This document shows, one piece after another, positions 26,428-42,281 of a stretch of DNA of 64,000 bases. The first letter of the stretch is position 1. The number at the start of each line of letters is the position of its first letter. The position numbers were made by a program, and so were the translations under genes. Origin of the DNA: Eledone cirrhosa (Eukaryota); NCBI GenBank assembly GCA_964016885.1, contig OZ024741.1, positions 285,386,001-285,450,000 on the forward strand. Direction: 5' to 3'. The notes under the pieces are model-generated. The model searched no databases. It had not been told where the DNA came from and saw nothing but the letters and a program-made list of their open reading frames with translations.

Positions 26428-26616
26428 ATAATTGTTTCTACTTTTGGCACAAGGCCAGCAATTACCCAGTGCATTACTGGTACTTTATTTTATGGACCAC
26501 GTAAGGATGAAAGGCAAAGTCAACCTCGGCGGGATTTGAACTCAGAATGGCAAGGGCCGTAACTCTATGCGTCAAAGCATGGCGTCCGACCCTCTACCGA
26601 TACTGCCAATCCACTG
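26428..26616 (-). mobile_element. SINE, full length
   Basis: Reverse complement of the 25074-25262 family. Confidence 0.88.
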
Positions 26617-26655
26617 TTTGTATATATGATATAACAGTGACTTCGATCCTACTTA

Positions 26656-26720
<65 letters not shown>

Positions 26721-28519
26721 GTGTGTGTGTATGTATATATATATATACGTGTTTGTATATGTATATATATATATATTTCTTCAATGTACTGTGTCATTTG
26801 CTTTGTTATTTTTGTTTCTCTTTTACGCATACACACACTCATATTTATATATAGCGTATATATACACTGTATATATACGCTATATATTTATACACTTACA
26901 TACATGCATACATACATACTATTCCGATGATTATTTTATTTATCTCGATCTTTTTAATTTGTTTCTGACCGAATTCTGTTTTTTTTTTATTTGGAGGATG
27001 GGGGAGCTTTTAAACTTTTCTTCCTCATCTTTTTTTTTTCTTTGTTATTCTTTTTTCTTTTTTCTTATTTTATTAGTCTCGAAATCATGCATTCATGTTC
27101 ACCCCACTGCGCAATTACAATCAATAGAGTTCAGTATTTAACAGACATTATATATACATACTGTAATCTTCAAATACACTGTTAAACATTTTATTTTCAT
27201 TACAAATCTTTTTTTCATCTCATAGAAACTTTGAAATTATGAGAACTGTTTCTTTCAACTATCCTAAGAATAGAGATAATACACCGAATAATAATTCTTT
27301 CTAATACTGGCAGAAAACCAATGATTTGTGAAAAGAGAAAGTCGACACCGGAAGCATGAAAGGCAAAAGTGACTTCAGCGGAATATGAAATAAGAACGTA
27401 AAAATAACCAAACGCCGCAAAGAATATTTTCCATGGCTCTATTGATACAGCCAACTCACCTACGGCCCTAATTATCCATACATGCATAGTCCCGTAACTC
27501 TTATGGAGTTGTAGGGGCACCGTATTGACATATGGCGTTTCCTGGGTATTGTAAGCCTGGCGGAGCCATCCATCAGCAGGTCTGAATACAGAAGATTTCT
27601 TCCAGAGAAAGATAGATAGTTAGAGAAAAGATGTAAGACAGATACAGAGGAAAAGTCGACCTTGGACTTGACTTGCACTTTTTTTTTTATTAACCTCGAA
27701 GGGATGAAAGGGAAATTTGATCTCGGTGGGATTTGAACTCAAAGACCAGTTAGCCGGACCGAATCCCACAAAGAATTCTATCCGACGTTCTAATATTTTG
27801 CCCCCCCCCCCCCCCCCTATATCTTAATAAAGAAATAATAACAAAGATGATGACAATTATAATGTTCAATCATAATTATGATAATAAAAATAATTTTGTT
27901 TAATCACAGTAGTGTCAATACAGAATCATGTTAACAAACACAAAAGCATTATCGATTGAATACTGCAGAATACATTTTTCTCTTTTCCATGAAAATTCAA
28001 TTCCAGATTCCGGTTTATCCTGTATGAAGAAACATATTTTTATCTGTATAATGTTTCATTCTATATTTCTACTTTTCAGTTTTTGCTACATTTTACTAAA
28101 CAGACTGTTAGTATATCTATTTCTGTTTTTCATATATTTTTACAGCTCCTGTTTATTTTTTCCCTACCTATATGTCCTGCTTCGTAGCGAATAGAGTGAG
28201 AGTAATTCAATCTGTTCGAAGTCGAGAGTAAAGAAAAAATATATATATATATATATATGATTGATTTCTTCACTCAATTCTCACATTTATCCGATTTCCT
28301 GAATGTATTTCGATTATTTATAAGATATTTCCATTTAATAGTTTGGTTAGAAAATATAAATAAAACACATGCTGCCACTCTTCCTCTCATTCCGCGTGTA
28401 TATATCTTAGTCTGGCGTGGTGATCCTCTGGAGTGCACTGGTGAAACTCCAGAGTAACATGACTTTTAACCATAATAAAGAATATTCTACCCCCCCCCCC
28501 CCCCCCCATACGCACACAA

Positions 28520-28902
28520 CACATTTGAAAAGGAAAATCAGGGTGGAGAGAGAGAAGTGCTCCCTTCTCACCAATTTGTTGAAAGATGAGTGAGAGAGGC
28601 AAGCATGGACCGAGTGAATCGGCCTGCTCTGAGTATGCACCTAGATTGGAGGTGGAAACTGGGAGAAGGCACTTGCCCTGGTGGTCAGTGTCACCGAGGC
28701 TTTTTGTGGGCTTTCTCCAAGAATGACCCTCGGATGTTTCCTCTCCATTGGGAAATTTCATTTGTTTAATTTTTTTGTTACTTCCTTTGTTATTGTTTTT
28801 TGTCTTTACCCGCAGAAATGCCATTTGTACCGTCCCGTGCTGTCCTTAATGTGATACTTTATGTCAACCCATATGGTTAATAAAGAAAGCATTATTATTA
28901 TT
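28520..28902 (+). mobile_element. Tx1-type 3' fragment with (ATT)n tail
   Basis: Matches the minus strand of 54960-55340. Ends AATAAAGAAAGC-ATTATTATTATT. Confidence 0.8.
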
Positions 28903-30760
28903 GCAACTGGCAGCAGAACGGGAGAATTCCAAGCTCTGTGAACCGAGGAGTGGTGGGACTGCTGAGAAAGGACCCGGGATGACATAGATAATTTCAGGCC
29001 CATAAATCTGCTAAACACAGAGTTCAAGATTTTGGCCAACGTGCTAACAAAGGGGTTGGCGCTTGTCGTCGCTGGTCTGGTGGGAGAGGCGCAGACATGC
29101 GCCATTCCAGACAGATCTATCCACGACAACCTCATGCGATACATCGTGGAGAGGGTAGCTAGGGAACCTGGCACGGGTGGGTTCTTGATCAATTTAGATC
29201 GCTCGAAATTTTCGATAGGGTCAACCATTGTTATCTGGCGGCACTCCTGAGGGTGGCCAGCTTTGGGCCCGTCTTCAGAGGCTGGATCACTACCATGCAC
29301 AGCGACATCTGTTCTGTGTTGAGAGTGAACGGTCACCTTCCAGAACTGTTCAGCATCATGCGTTCGGTCCACCAAGGAAGTCGGCTCTCGTCGGTGTTGT
29401 ACGTTTTGACTCTCGAACCATTACTGCACAAACTAGAGACGTTGAGGGTGTCCTGCGCGAACTGGGATGCGGGAGAACTGTGTTAGCATATGCCGACGAC
29501 GTCACCGTTGCGGTGTCGAACGCCAAACACATCGAAGCGATCGGCACCACACTACGAGAATACGAGGTGGTGACAGGAGCAATAATCATCCAGGAAAAGT
29601 TGCGACTCGGCACCTGGAGAGACAGCTCCATGCTGTCCAACAGCATTGTTGAGCACTAGAAGGATGGATCGGTTAAATTGCTAGGGGTCTGGTTCGGTCC
29701 GGACCTCCAGACGAACAAAAACTGGGACGAGGTGACGAGCAGGGTGGGTTCTCTCACCCAGAAATGGGCCGAGAGGAAGCTATCCCTGAAAGGTCGAACA
29801 TAGGTGGGGAACCCGTACATTGCGTCCGTCATCTACTACCGCCTGACCATCGTGCCTTGTCCTAAGCCTCATCAGACAGCGCTGGAGCGTTTGGTCTTTC
29901 GCTTTTTGTGGAAGGAACGCGCTACGATAGCCAAGCGTCAACACCCGCTGTCAACACACGCTACGTGGAGTGCTGGGCATGCCGTGGAAAATGATGCCAC
30001 GGCATTTCCACCTCTTCCTCGACGGTGATCAAATGTGGTCACCGTTTGCTAGAGGCGATATTCCCCAGCTAGTCTCCATGACGGAGCTGCAGTCCTTGGT
30101 CAAGTGAAGACCAAGAGGGGGCGCTTGGAGATTGGAATGTCTTCAGGCGCTCATAGCCCTCGACCAATCGGACGATGTGATCGGTGGAAACTCCACCTTG
30201 GCGTTCTATAGAGGGTTAGTGGAGGGAAAGAGCGACGATGTCCTTAGGGAGACTGTGGGCGTCGACGAACATCAACTAGCTCATTTCTTCGGGAGAACTT
30301 TCGGGCCGGGGCCCATGGAGAACTTCCAGAAATCCTTGGCCTGGCACTGCTACCGAGGAGCTTTGCCAGTTCGGGATAAACTCTACAGACATGTAAGTGC
30401 CGTAACCGGGCCTATCGCAGATGCGCGCACGGCGACGAAACCGTCCTGCACGCACTCGTCCAGTGTCCGAGCATTGCTGACTTGTGGGTTTATGTCGAAC
30501 ACCTGTTGTCGCGTGTAGGACGGATCCAGCTATCACCCAAGTCCATTGTGAGGATTGCTCCACCGCCTTCCTTTAGCCGGGAAGAGCAGGAAGTTTTTAT
30601 CTGCCTGGTGGCCATGGCGAAAGAAGTCGTGTGGTGGATGCTTTTGAAAGGGCTGAAGACAAGCACTTACCTCTTCGATGATGCCCTGATTAATTTTTTC
30701 AAATTTCATTTGAAAAGGAAAATCAGGGTGGAGAGGGAAATGTTTTCTTCCCAGCATAAC
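28902..30760 (+). mobile_element. Tx1-type ORF2 fragment (RT to C-terminus), decayed
   Basis: GEAQTCAIPDRSIHDN, AYADD and FQKSLAWHCYRGALPVRDKL. Starts directly after the (ATT)n tail of the previous copy. Confidence 0.9.
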
Positions 30761-30799
30761 TGGGGGTGAGGGTGGTGGTTGTTTTGTTATTACAAATAA

Positions 30800-30987
30800 G
30801 TGTTTCTACTATTGGCACAAGGCCAGCAAATACCCAGTACATTACTGGTACTTTATTTTATCGATCCCGTAAGGATAAAAGGCAAAGTTAACCTCGGCGG
30901 GATTTGAACTCAGAATGGCAAGGGCCGTAACTCTATACGTCAAAGCATGGCGTTCGACCCTCTACCGATACTGCCAATTCACCGCCC
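30800..30987 (-). mobile_element. SINE, full length
   Basis: Same family; ends ...TTCACCGCC on the plus strand. Confidence 0.88.
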
Positions 30988-31342
30988 TATTTGTTATTAC
31001 AAATAATATTATTTAATCTATATCTAATGGTATTTATTAATTTATGTGAGTATTCGGTTCATCTAAATACACCATTGTCATATGAGTGTTTTAGTAGTTT
31101 AGCTCGTCAAGTACGTACAATTCATTGTCTGTAATCTAAGTTCATCCTTCCAGCAAAAGTTCTTTTGTTCATCCGTTACGTCTTTCTGAATTTTGAATAT
31201 TGACAATATTTTGAAACGATTGTACGTGTCCACATATATTAAAGTATCTCAGTTTCTTCAAAGGGAGAAACCTGAGATTATATGCTTAAACTTATATGTC
31301 CAGATAATACACACACATACACACGCATGCACACACACGCAT

Positions 31343-31425
<83 letters not shown>

Positions 31426-31493
31426 CACACATATACACATACAAACACACACATATATATATATATATATATATTGATGCTTTGGACAAACGC

Positions 31494-31535
31494 CCATTAA
31501 GCTTTTCTGCTGAGAAAGATTATCATCAGACATAT
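31494..31535 (-). ncRNA. Degenerate hammerhead in a solo pLTR between (TA)n tracts
   Basis: Minus strand: TGT-CTGATGA (31523-31529)...GAAA-AGCT-TA-ATG. Stem II is poorly paired. Confidence 0.45.
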
Positions 31536-31987
31536 ATATGTTAGGATATTTGAACTTAGCATATATATATATATATAATATATGCGTGGGTTGTGTGTAT
31601 GTATATGAGCGTATGTACGTGCATGTATACATATATATGTTTATATTAAAGATTTTATTTTATTGATGTAATCTGTTAAAGAGTTAGAACCATTTCATCT
31701 ATGTATGATGGAATTTTACATTAGTTCACAGATAAAATATGGAAAGAAAATTGATGATGGAGCTAAAATTACATCTGTGTATATATATATATGTACTATA
31801 TAATACATAAATGTATAAATATAGGAGTGTATGTGTGTCTGTATAATGTACACAGATGCAAACACACACACACACACATACACACACATACACACACACA
31901 TACCCACACATACACACACATACACACACACGCCGGCACACACACACACACACACACATACCCACACATACACCCCCCCACACACAC

Positions 31988-32044
<57 letters not shown>

Positions 32045-32991
32045 TGCATATGAGACATGTATGTAAATATACATAGATATATGTAGGAATAGTTAAATTG
32101 AAATTGAAATTGCATAAATTTACATATATATATAATAAACTCAATTTCTTTGCAAATATCTCTTTATTAATGCTAGTTACACACATGTAGACACGCAAAC
32201 ACACACACGCAAACACACACAAACACACACAAACACACACACACTCAAACACACGCACACACACATACACACACACATATATAAATATACATGAATTGGT
32301 GTGAGACGTGTGCGTATAAGAATTCCTTTTACACACGCGAACATGAGTGTTTCTTTTTCTATACGTGTTGTCTGTGTATCTTTATAAATGTGTATGCCTA
32401 CGTGAGCTCAGTATCTACATATATATGTTTCTTCCTTATGAACTAACGATTCCTAATGACTCAGATTTTGACACTTTCCGACAATTTCTCATAGCCTCCA
32501 ACCATACGTGGCAAGAATGACGCTGATTGAGAATAATCTAGATACGCCAGCATATATCGTAGCTAAATATTAATACTCTGTCTTTAAAAAAATTCTGCAG
32601 TAATATGTATAATAAAGTTTTAATAAAACAAATCTTTAAATGAAATAACAAAATAGTATTAACATCAAGAACAACAATAACTTTATATTTGACTTATAAG
32701 AGGTCTACTCCAAAAAATATATTATATTTTTTGCAGCTCTTCGCGGATTTTGTCGTTTCTGCCACCATGCCTGCTATACTACTTTATCAGATGGTGTGTA
32801 ATACTAATGTGTTACACTTAAAGCAAAGATATTCTTCGTGAAGCTATACAGGAAATTAGATTATTTTAAACATTCCTGATTCGCTCGTATACTACACATA
32901 TGTTACTTATATATATAAGCACACATACGTAGAAGATGTAGCGGTCTGTTTCTAAAGTTACATATAAAATATATTGATATATGTATATATA

Positions 32992-34060
32992 TATATCAAC
33001 TAGACATTGATTGACATATATATATATCTAAAATAAATATATGAAACAATCACAGGGAATAATTTGTAAAGTGTGTAAGCACACACAGCTAGGCAGGTAA
33101 CTAATTAAAGTTTAACTAGAACTTCAAATATAGATACCTTTTAAAATGATTAATCTTCCTTGTATATATTTCATTAAAGAAATATATTTCACCATTAATC
33201 GGTAAATCCCAGTAGTCAAATATCGGATTATCAACAAGGGAGAATATTTAACTATCTGTGTTTACACAGCAAATGCAAATCTGCAAATGACTAGTAGCAC
33301 GTGTTGCATTTTTTTTAAAATACACACATCATACCAGCGTTATCCCAGTGGCGTGAATAGGATTATCGACAGCTAGAAATAGCAGCCGAGTCCTTTGAAC
33401 TGAGTCAACTCTACAGTTAAGGGGACGTATATATATCCAAAATTAAATTAAGGGTGTCATGTCCAAGAGACATGCACCATATCCACTGTAGAATATGCTC
33501 AAATATTCCAATGAATAGATCCGAGCATTTTATATCTACTCAGCTAACTCAGTTGAAAGGACTCGTCTGCTATTTCTAGCTGTCGATAATCCTATTCACG
33601 CCACTGGTATGACGCTGGTATGATGTGTGTATTTTAAAAAAAATGCAACACGTGCTACTAGTCATTCGCAGATTTGCATTTGCTGTGTAAACACAGATAG
33701 TTAAATATTCTCCCTTGTTGAAAATCCGATATTTGACTACTGGGATTTACCGATTAATGGTAAAATATATTTCTTTAATGAAATATATACAAGGAAGATT
33801 AATCATTTTAAAAGGTATCTATATTTGAAGTTCTAGTTAAACTTTAATTAGTTACCTACCTAGCTGTGTGTGCTTACACACTTTACAAATTATCCCCTGT
33901 GATTGTTTCATATGTTTATTTAAGATATATATATGTCAATCAGTTTCTAGTTGATATAAAATGCTCGGATCTATTCATTGGAATCTTTGAGCATATTCTA
34001 CAGTGGATATGGTGCATGTCTCTCGGACATGACACCCTTAATTTAATTTTGGATATGTAT
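32992..34060. repeat. Permuted inverted duplication A-B-A(rc)-B(rc)
   Basis: A at 32992-33405 pairs with 33547-33958, and B at 33428-33536 pairs with 33953-34060. Confidence 0.88.
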
Positions 34061-34061
34061 A

Positions 34062-34110
<49 letters not shown>

Positions 34111-34219
34111 CTTCCACGGTATGTATTACTCGTAACCTTACCTTTGATAACCATATAGTTTACTCTGATATGTATATATATATATATGTTTGTGTGTGTG
34201 TGTGTGTCTGTGTGTGTAT

Positions 34220-34331
<112 letters not shown>

Positions 34332-34506
34332 CGTGTGTATAAAGGACACACAATTAAATGTATAAGTAACTTTATATACACTTACATTAAATACAAGTAA
34401 GACTTTTCAAAGATATAAATTCATACACACCCTACTCACACATACACATCTTTTCTGAAATTCACATTGACAAAGACTGAATTATTTCGTTATATGCAAC
34501 AATTGA

Positions 34507-34632
<126 letters not shown>

Positions 34633-34663
34633 CCATAAAGCTGGGATATCTAAGAACTGAGTA

Positions 34664-34719
34664 ACTGCCTGATGAGGTCATAGCCATTCAATGGCTATCA
34701 TTGAAATATATATAGCAGT
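34664..34719 (+). ncRNA. Type-I hammerhead in a ~135-bp solo pLTR (34631-34765) between (TA)n tracts
   Basis: ACTGC-CTGATGA (34669-34675), stem II ATAGCCAT/ATGGCTAT, GAAA (34703-34706), TATATA, TA, GCAGT. Confidence 0.88.
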
Positions 34720-34760
34720 AAATAAAGGATTATGAGTTCATGCAATTGACTTATGTTTCG

Positions 34761-34857
<97 letters not shown>

Positions 34858-34972
34858 CCCGGGTTCAATCGAGGGTAACCACAAGGTACTCAATACATAG
34901 CAGAGTATAAGTATTTAATATAGAAATCACTTCTACAGGACTAGATCTGTTTCATTCGAAGGAAATCATCAT
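34858..34972 (-). mobile_element. Truncated hammerhead pLTR + extension (second copy at ~49880-49940)
   Basis: Minus strand: TGATGA-TTTCCTTCGAAT-GAAA-CAGATCTAG-TC-CTGTAG, cut at core C3 by (TA)n. TATTGAGTAC lies downstream. Confidence 0.6.
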
Positions 34973-35057
34973 ATATATATAACCATACTCTACTTCCCCA
35001 AGTATCGAGTACTCTGTTGCGTAATGGTATCGCGAGTTTCTTACTGAATCCATCCCG

Positions 35058-35104
<47 letters not shown>

Positions 35105-35262
35105 TATACATATATATATGTTTGTGCGTCTGTGCGTGTGTGTGTGTGTGTATCTGTGTGTGTGTGTGTTTGTGCGCAAGCGTGGGTGTGTAAATAATAC
35201 AGTTAACCTTAAAGACATTGAGAACATTGAAATATGAAATAGTAATCAGCTATTATTATATG

Positions 35263-35470
35263 GAGCGGTGGATTTGCAATGAGTCGGACGCCATGCTTTG
35301 CAGCATAGAGTTACGGCCCTTTATGATCTGAGTTCAAATTCCGCCGAGGATAACTTTGCCTTTCATCCTAACGGGGTCGATAAAATAAAGTACCATCAAT
35401 GCACTGTGTCGATTTAATCGACTTTCCCCTCCCCCAAAATCGTTGGCCTTGTGCCTATATAAAAAACCAT
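35263..35470 (+). mobile_element. SINE
   Basis: B-box GAGTTCAAATTC and the shared core. Confidence 0.8.
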
Positions 35471-36400
<930 letters not shown>

Positions 36401-36882
36401 ATATATGCAGGAATGTATATTCCCATCTATACAATTACACATGAAAGACCACTGCAGAAGACCTACTGCAACGCAGTGCTAAGTGCCCCGGTTTTATTGT
36501 GTTAAAACGATAATAAAAACCTAGAGAGAGAGACGATGAGAAAGCAAAAAAAGAGGAAATAATAAAAAGAAGGAAGAAAATAAACGTACAATTGAACTAT
36601 TGAAGTAGTTATAATGATTGGAACATCTGAATTGGCTATTTTTCTGCACATTCTCCTCATCGCGTCACCTATGCTCTACCTTCTACTTTAGGTTGTAATT
36701 GACTCACTCTCTACGGTACCTACCTATTATCATTGAAAGCCAAGCCTTCGTCCGCCCTATCTAGACGACTGGATGTAATGGAATTAGATATTAGATAGAA
36801 TTTTACTTTAAAATGTGGTGTAAATTTATCGCATTAGATTAGCAGAACACATGTATAGCAGTGCTGTTAAACATACTCCCCT

Positions 36883-36963
<81 letters not shown>

Positions 36964-37073
36964 CCCCCTCCCCCACCTCTCTCTTTCGTGCACTTAAATA
37001 CTCGTATACATGTATACATACTTGCCAACACAATCACACACAAACACCTCACGCATACACACAAACCACCGAC

Positions 37074-37145
<72 letters not shown>

Positions 37146-37191
37146 TTTTCTTAGTTAGTGTCATTGAATTGATGTCAAACACGCACATAGA

Positions 37192-37227
<36 letters not shown>

Positions 37228-37399
37228 GGCTGCCCCCTCGTTATCGAGTATGGCCATTGCACGAGAAAAAAAATATATATATACATATACACACACACAT
37301 ACATACATATATATACATACATACATGCATACATACACATATATATATATACACACATGCACACACATAAACATATCTACACACACACACACACACACA

Positions 37400-40300
37400 C
37401 GATACCAACTAACAGCACTGCGATCAAATGTGGCTTTTTAGCCCAGCCAATGATCTAAAATGTCTTGCACAGAGTCGGCAACCAAAACATTCACTGGGAA
37501 TAGTCGGCTGTGGTTGGAGTTCATGTACTTTTGTATGTCGCTTGAGCCCTCCTGCTGATTTACATTCTCTACCACATGCTTGGCAAGCACGATGAGTAGC
37601 ATCTCTAACAGCAGCCTGGTAGTCAACCACTGGTCTTACTTTATGACTGCGAAGATGACTTTCGAGTCCAGCCTTGCTTAGGCAGAGTCTCGCACAGACG
37701 CTGCATGTCACCACCATAGGAGGACCCTCGCCGTCTGGAAGTGAAACAGCAATGCCCTTCCTCACATCCCGCTTTACTTTCTCGTATGCGATTCGAGATG
37801 CCTCAAACAACTTTTCCCTCATATACAGTCTTTCTCCATTTATTACGATCAGCAGTAATATTTTCCCATTTATGGGCAGAGATGTTAGCGTCTTTCAAAG
37901 AGGCTTTCAAGGAATCCTTATACCTCTTTTTTGTTTTATGTGGCGGTCGTTTTCCTTTAATTAACTTTCCATAAAAGAGTTGTTTTGGTATTATAGAATC
38001 CTTCATCCTGGCAAGGTGACCACTCCGACGGATTCGTTGCTTAAGCACAAGAGCTTCTATACTGCCACACATAGAGCTTTCCAAAATCTCGACATCACTG
38101 ATGTGGTCCCTCCAGTGAACGCCATGTATCCGTCTGAGACACATCTGATGGAAACGCTCCAATTGTTTAAGGTGGTGTCGATATGTGACCCAGGTCTCGC
38201 AAGCATAAAGAAGACAAGAGAGCACACATGCCCTGTACACCTTTACCTTTGTCCTCCTGCATATGTCTCGCCGACCCCAGAGTCGCCTTTCTAGATTTCT
38301 GAAAGCATCACTTGCTTTCCTAATCCTAAGTGAGATTTCACTATCAAGGTTGCTGTATCGATTGGCAGTGCTTCCCAGGTAGACAAACTGATCAACCACT
38401 CCAAGTCGTTTACCATACACAGAGATATTTGGTTCAGTGTACTGCTTACCAGGGGCAGGTTGGTACATGACGACGGTTTTCTTGAGACTGACAGTCAATC
38501 CTAGGGCAGTGCAAGCGTCAGAAAATGCATTCAAAATGTGCTGCATATCACTCTCTGTATGCGCTACAAGATCGCAATCATCTGCATACAAGAAGTCTCT
38601 TATGATTGATGTAAATACTTTTGTCTTTGCAGCAAAGCACCTGATGTTAAATATGCTGCCTGAGGTTCGATATCGGATGTAAACACCTTGCTCGCAATTC
38701 CTGAATACAATACAGAAAACCATTGCAAAGTATATGACAAACAGGGTCGGTGCTGGAATATCCCCTTGTTTCACTCCATTTTTTACTAAGATAGGCTCCG
38801 ACATGTTACCTCCGACATTAACCCAAGCCTTCATGTCGTCATGGAAAGATCTAACTAAAGCAAGGAACTTATCAGGGCAACCAAGTTTCTGGAGAACCTT
38901 CCATAATGCATCTCTGTTAACAGTATCGAAAGCTTTTGATCGACAAAAACCTGATACTGATCCAAACCTTGTTCCATGCATTTCTCCTGGAGCTGTCTAG
39001 CGGAGAAGATCATATCAGTAGTGCCGCGTCCAGCACAAAAACCAGATTGACTTTCAGGAAGAACACAATCTACAATGTGTGTCAGCAGACAGTACAGAAG
39101 CACCCTACATAAAACTTTCCCTACGACAGAAAGCAATGATATACCTCTGTAGTTCCCACAATCATTCCTGTTACGCTTTCCCTTGTACAAGACAACTATT
39201 ACTGCATCTCTCCAGTCCTCAGGTACGGATTCATTAGCCCATATCCTGCCAAACAAAGAGTGAAGATGTTGCAGGAGTCTCTCACCACCATATTGTAGGA
39301 GCTCAGCATGTATGCCATCCATACCTGGAGACTTTCCACTGTTCAGCTTCAAGATAGCCACTGCAACCTCCACAAGCGTCGGAGGTTCTGCGAGAGCTAC
39401 TTTCACAGGACTTTCTGGAATGAGATTGAGGAAATCTTCACTGACGACAGACGGCTGATTCAAAAGATCATCAAAGTGCTCTCGCCACCTTCGTAGAATT
39501 CCTTGTGAGTCACGAAGAAGTTCTTTGCCATCCTTGCTGCGAAGCGGTGTCGCCAGAGAAGAAGACGGTCCATAAACCTCACGCAAGAGACTGTACAACA
39601 GCTTTGTGTTATTGGAATCTGACGCTGTTTGTATCTCACCAGCCTTCTCAATCCACCACTGATCCTTCATCTGAGAAAGACTCCGCCTAACACGTGATTT
39701 TACATCCTTGAGTTCCTCATGCAACGTATTCCTCTCCTGTGGTTTTGCCGTCAAGTAGCGTGACAGAGCACGCCTCTTATCAGCCAACAAGTCTTCTATA
39801 TGTACATCATTCTCATTAAACCAGTCCTGATGTTTTCTCTGCACTAATCCTAGAACACGCCTGCCTACATCATAAACCGACTTTTTAAGGGTCGGCCAAT
39901 CCTCACCAAGATCTGCAGCCTTCATCTCTTCTTCCAATGTCCTCTTCACATTTTTATCCTTAAGACGAGCAGCATTCAATCTTTTGGGCAGGGCAATACC
40001 AGGAGCCCGGATTTTACGTTTAGTGATTAGTTTCACTTTTGCGCGTACCAGGCGGTGGTCCGTCCAGCACTCAGCTCCACGAAGAGCACGAACACACTGC
40101 ACATCCTGTCTGTCACCACTCCTGACTAGGACGTAGTCCAAAAGATGCCATTCCTTAGATGCAGGATACATCCATGTGGTCTTGAATTTGTTCTTTTGTT
40201 GGAACATGGTGTTGGTAACACACAGATCCAGCTCCTCACACATCTGCAGCAGGAGCATACCATTGTTGTTACACTTTCACACCCCATGCATTCCGATTAC

Positions 40301-40880
40301 ATTCCATGTGTTAAAATCCCTACCCACTCTAGCATTAAAGTCACCAAGCACGATGACTTTGTCTGCCTGAGGGATATTTCTTAAAACAACTTTCAAAGCA
40401 TGGTAAAAGGACACTTTTTCTTCATCGACAGAATTCATAGTTGGAGCATACACACTCACCAGGGTCGTATATCTTCCTTTGTTCAGCTGAATTCTCATGG
40501 ACATAAGACGCTCACTAATCCCTACTGGGAATTCTTCTAATTTATTCACAAGAACAGTCTTAACAGCAAATCCTACCCCAGCCTCTCTTCTGGTTCCTTC
40601 ATCTCTTCCTTTCCAGAAGAATGTATACTCTCCACAAAATTCTGTAAGATGAACATCTCCAGCTAACCTCGTCTCAGATAAATCCACGATGTCAAGATCG
40701 TAACGTCGAAGCTTCTTTGCAACAAGAGCGGTCCTTCGTTCAGGACGCTCCAAGGAATCCCTGTCAAGCAGCGTCCATACGTTCTAGCAGCCAAGACTAA
40801 ATGCCTTGTTTGGCTCTATTACAATGGCACGATGACGAGCGGGCACAGGCTGTGATAACCTGGGGCCCCTGCCCTTATTG
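37400..40880 (-). mobile_element. RTE-clade (BovB-like) LINE, near full length, frameshifted
   Basis: APE motifs LGC*NVWTLLD, RPERRTALVA, LSETRL and LGDFNARVG. RT motifs KSPGMDGI, NYRGISLLS, KAFDTV, GVKQG and FLYADD. C-terminal C2H2 fingers; the 3' end abuts (GT)n. Confidence 0.93.
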
Positions 40881-41069
40881 CCAATTATCTTTTTTGTTCC
40901 AGAACCTAAATTGCCAATTATCTCTTTTATATTGTCTGGAGCATCATTGAATTGGGAAAAAAAAAAAAAAAGTAATAATAATAGTAACAATAATAATAAT
41001 AATAATAATAATAATACACTATTAATAATTATTAATGCAATCCTCCAATGTCTGTGCGTGACGAATATT

Positions 41070-41330
41070 TTTAAAGTGAGGAAAGACTGTGCACTGAGCC
41101 AATCCCACTCTCTGAGCGACAGTAGCTATAACCCGAAAAGAAGAAAAGATCAACATCATCGGTAACTACTGAGCCGCAGGTTTTATGTCGGAGTTAACCC
41201 AGTTTCCTGAGATGCCTTCTCCTAGAAGAATGCCCTGACAAGGGCTAGGGGTTCTTCACTCCCACTGGTTTAACTGCGCGATCGAGCATCCAGCCCGATC
41301 ATTTCTATGTCCCCGCGCGCGCAAAATAAA
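41070..41330 (-). other. Possible RTE-type 5' UTR structured motif
   Basis: Minus strand ..CTAGCCCTTGTCAGGGCATTCTTCTAGGAGAAGG..AAACC resembles, from memory, a motif in RTE leaders. It lies upstream of the RTE in the same orientation. Confidence 0.35.
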
Positions 41331-41939
41331 AAGTCACTTATTGACACTTATCCGTACGACATACACACACACGCACACACACGCATACATACGCGCGCAC
41401 ACCGCAACATCCATACATACAAACAAACACACACACGCTACTCACTTACACACACACATATATAAATATATATATATATTACCGTCATTACAAGATTATG
41501 TCAACTGTTGACTTTCAAGAGTCCGTATAGTTGAAGCCATTCGTATTACAGTTCAGTATTATTATAATTGCTTTACAGCATAGAGCTATGGCTCTCTACG
41601 CGCTGGGCCAGTCGCTGGATCCGTGCCAAAAGCAAAAACATTATTATTATTAAAGTTGTTTTCTTAAGGCCCAGTCGCTGGTGATGGCGGCGGTGGTGGT
41701 GGTGTTGGCAGTTGATGTTGTTGTTGTGTAGTGTGCGTGTGTGTGTGTTTTGTTATTTTGAGTTTTTTTGATTGTTTGTTGTTGTTTTTTTATCGTTTTT
41801 TATCGTTTGATGTTGTTGTAAATGTTCATTTCAATTCATTCTGAAGCTGTTGTTGCTGTAAACATTAGTGCCGGTGTTGTTGTTGTAGATGTTGTAGATG
41901 AAATCTGGTCGTTTGACTGAGTGATGTGTATACACACAT

Positions 41940-42010
<71 letters not shown>

Positions 42011-42187
42011 TTCAACACAGGTCGGTGACTTTAGTCTAGATAGGGTAATGACATGTGTAAATGTAAATGTGATGGGGAGAGAGTGTAGACGATATTGTGG
42101 TGGTGGAGCAGAGTGAGATGTATCTGTGTGCGTGTGTATGTGTGTTTATGTATGTATATATATACATACATACATAAACACACATAC

Positions 42188-42281
<94 letters not shown>

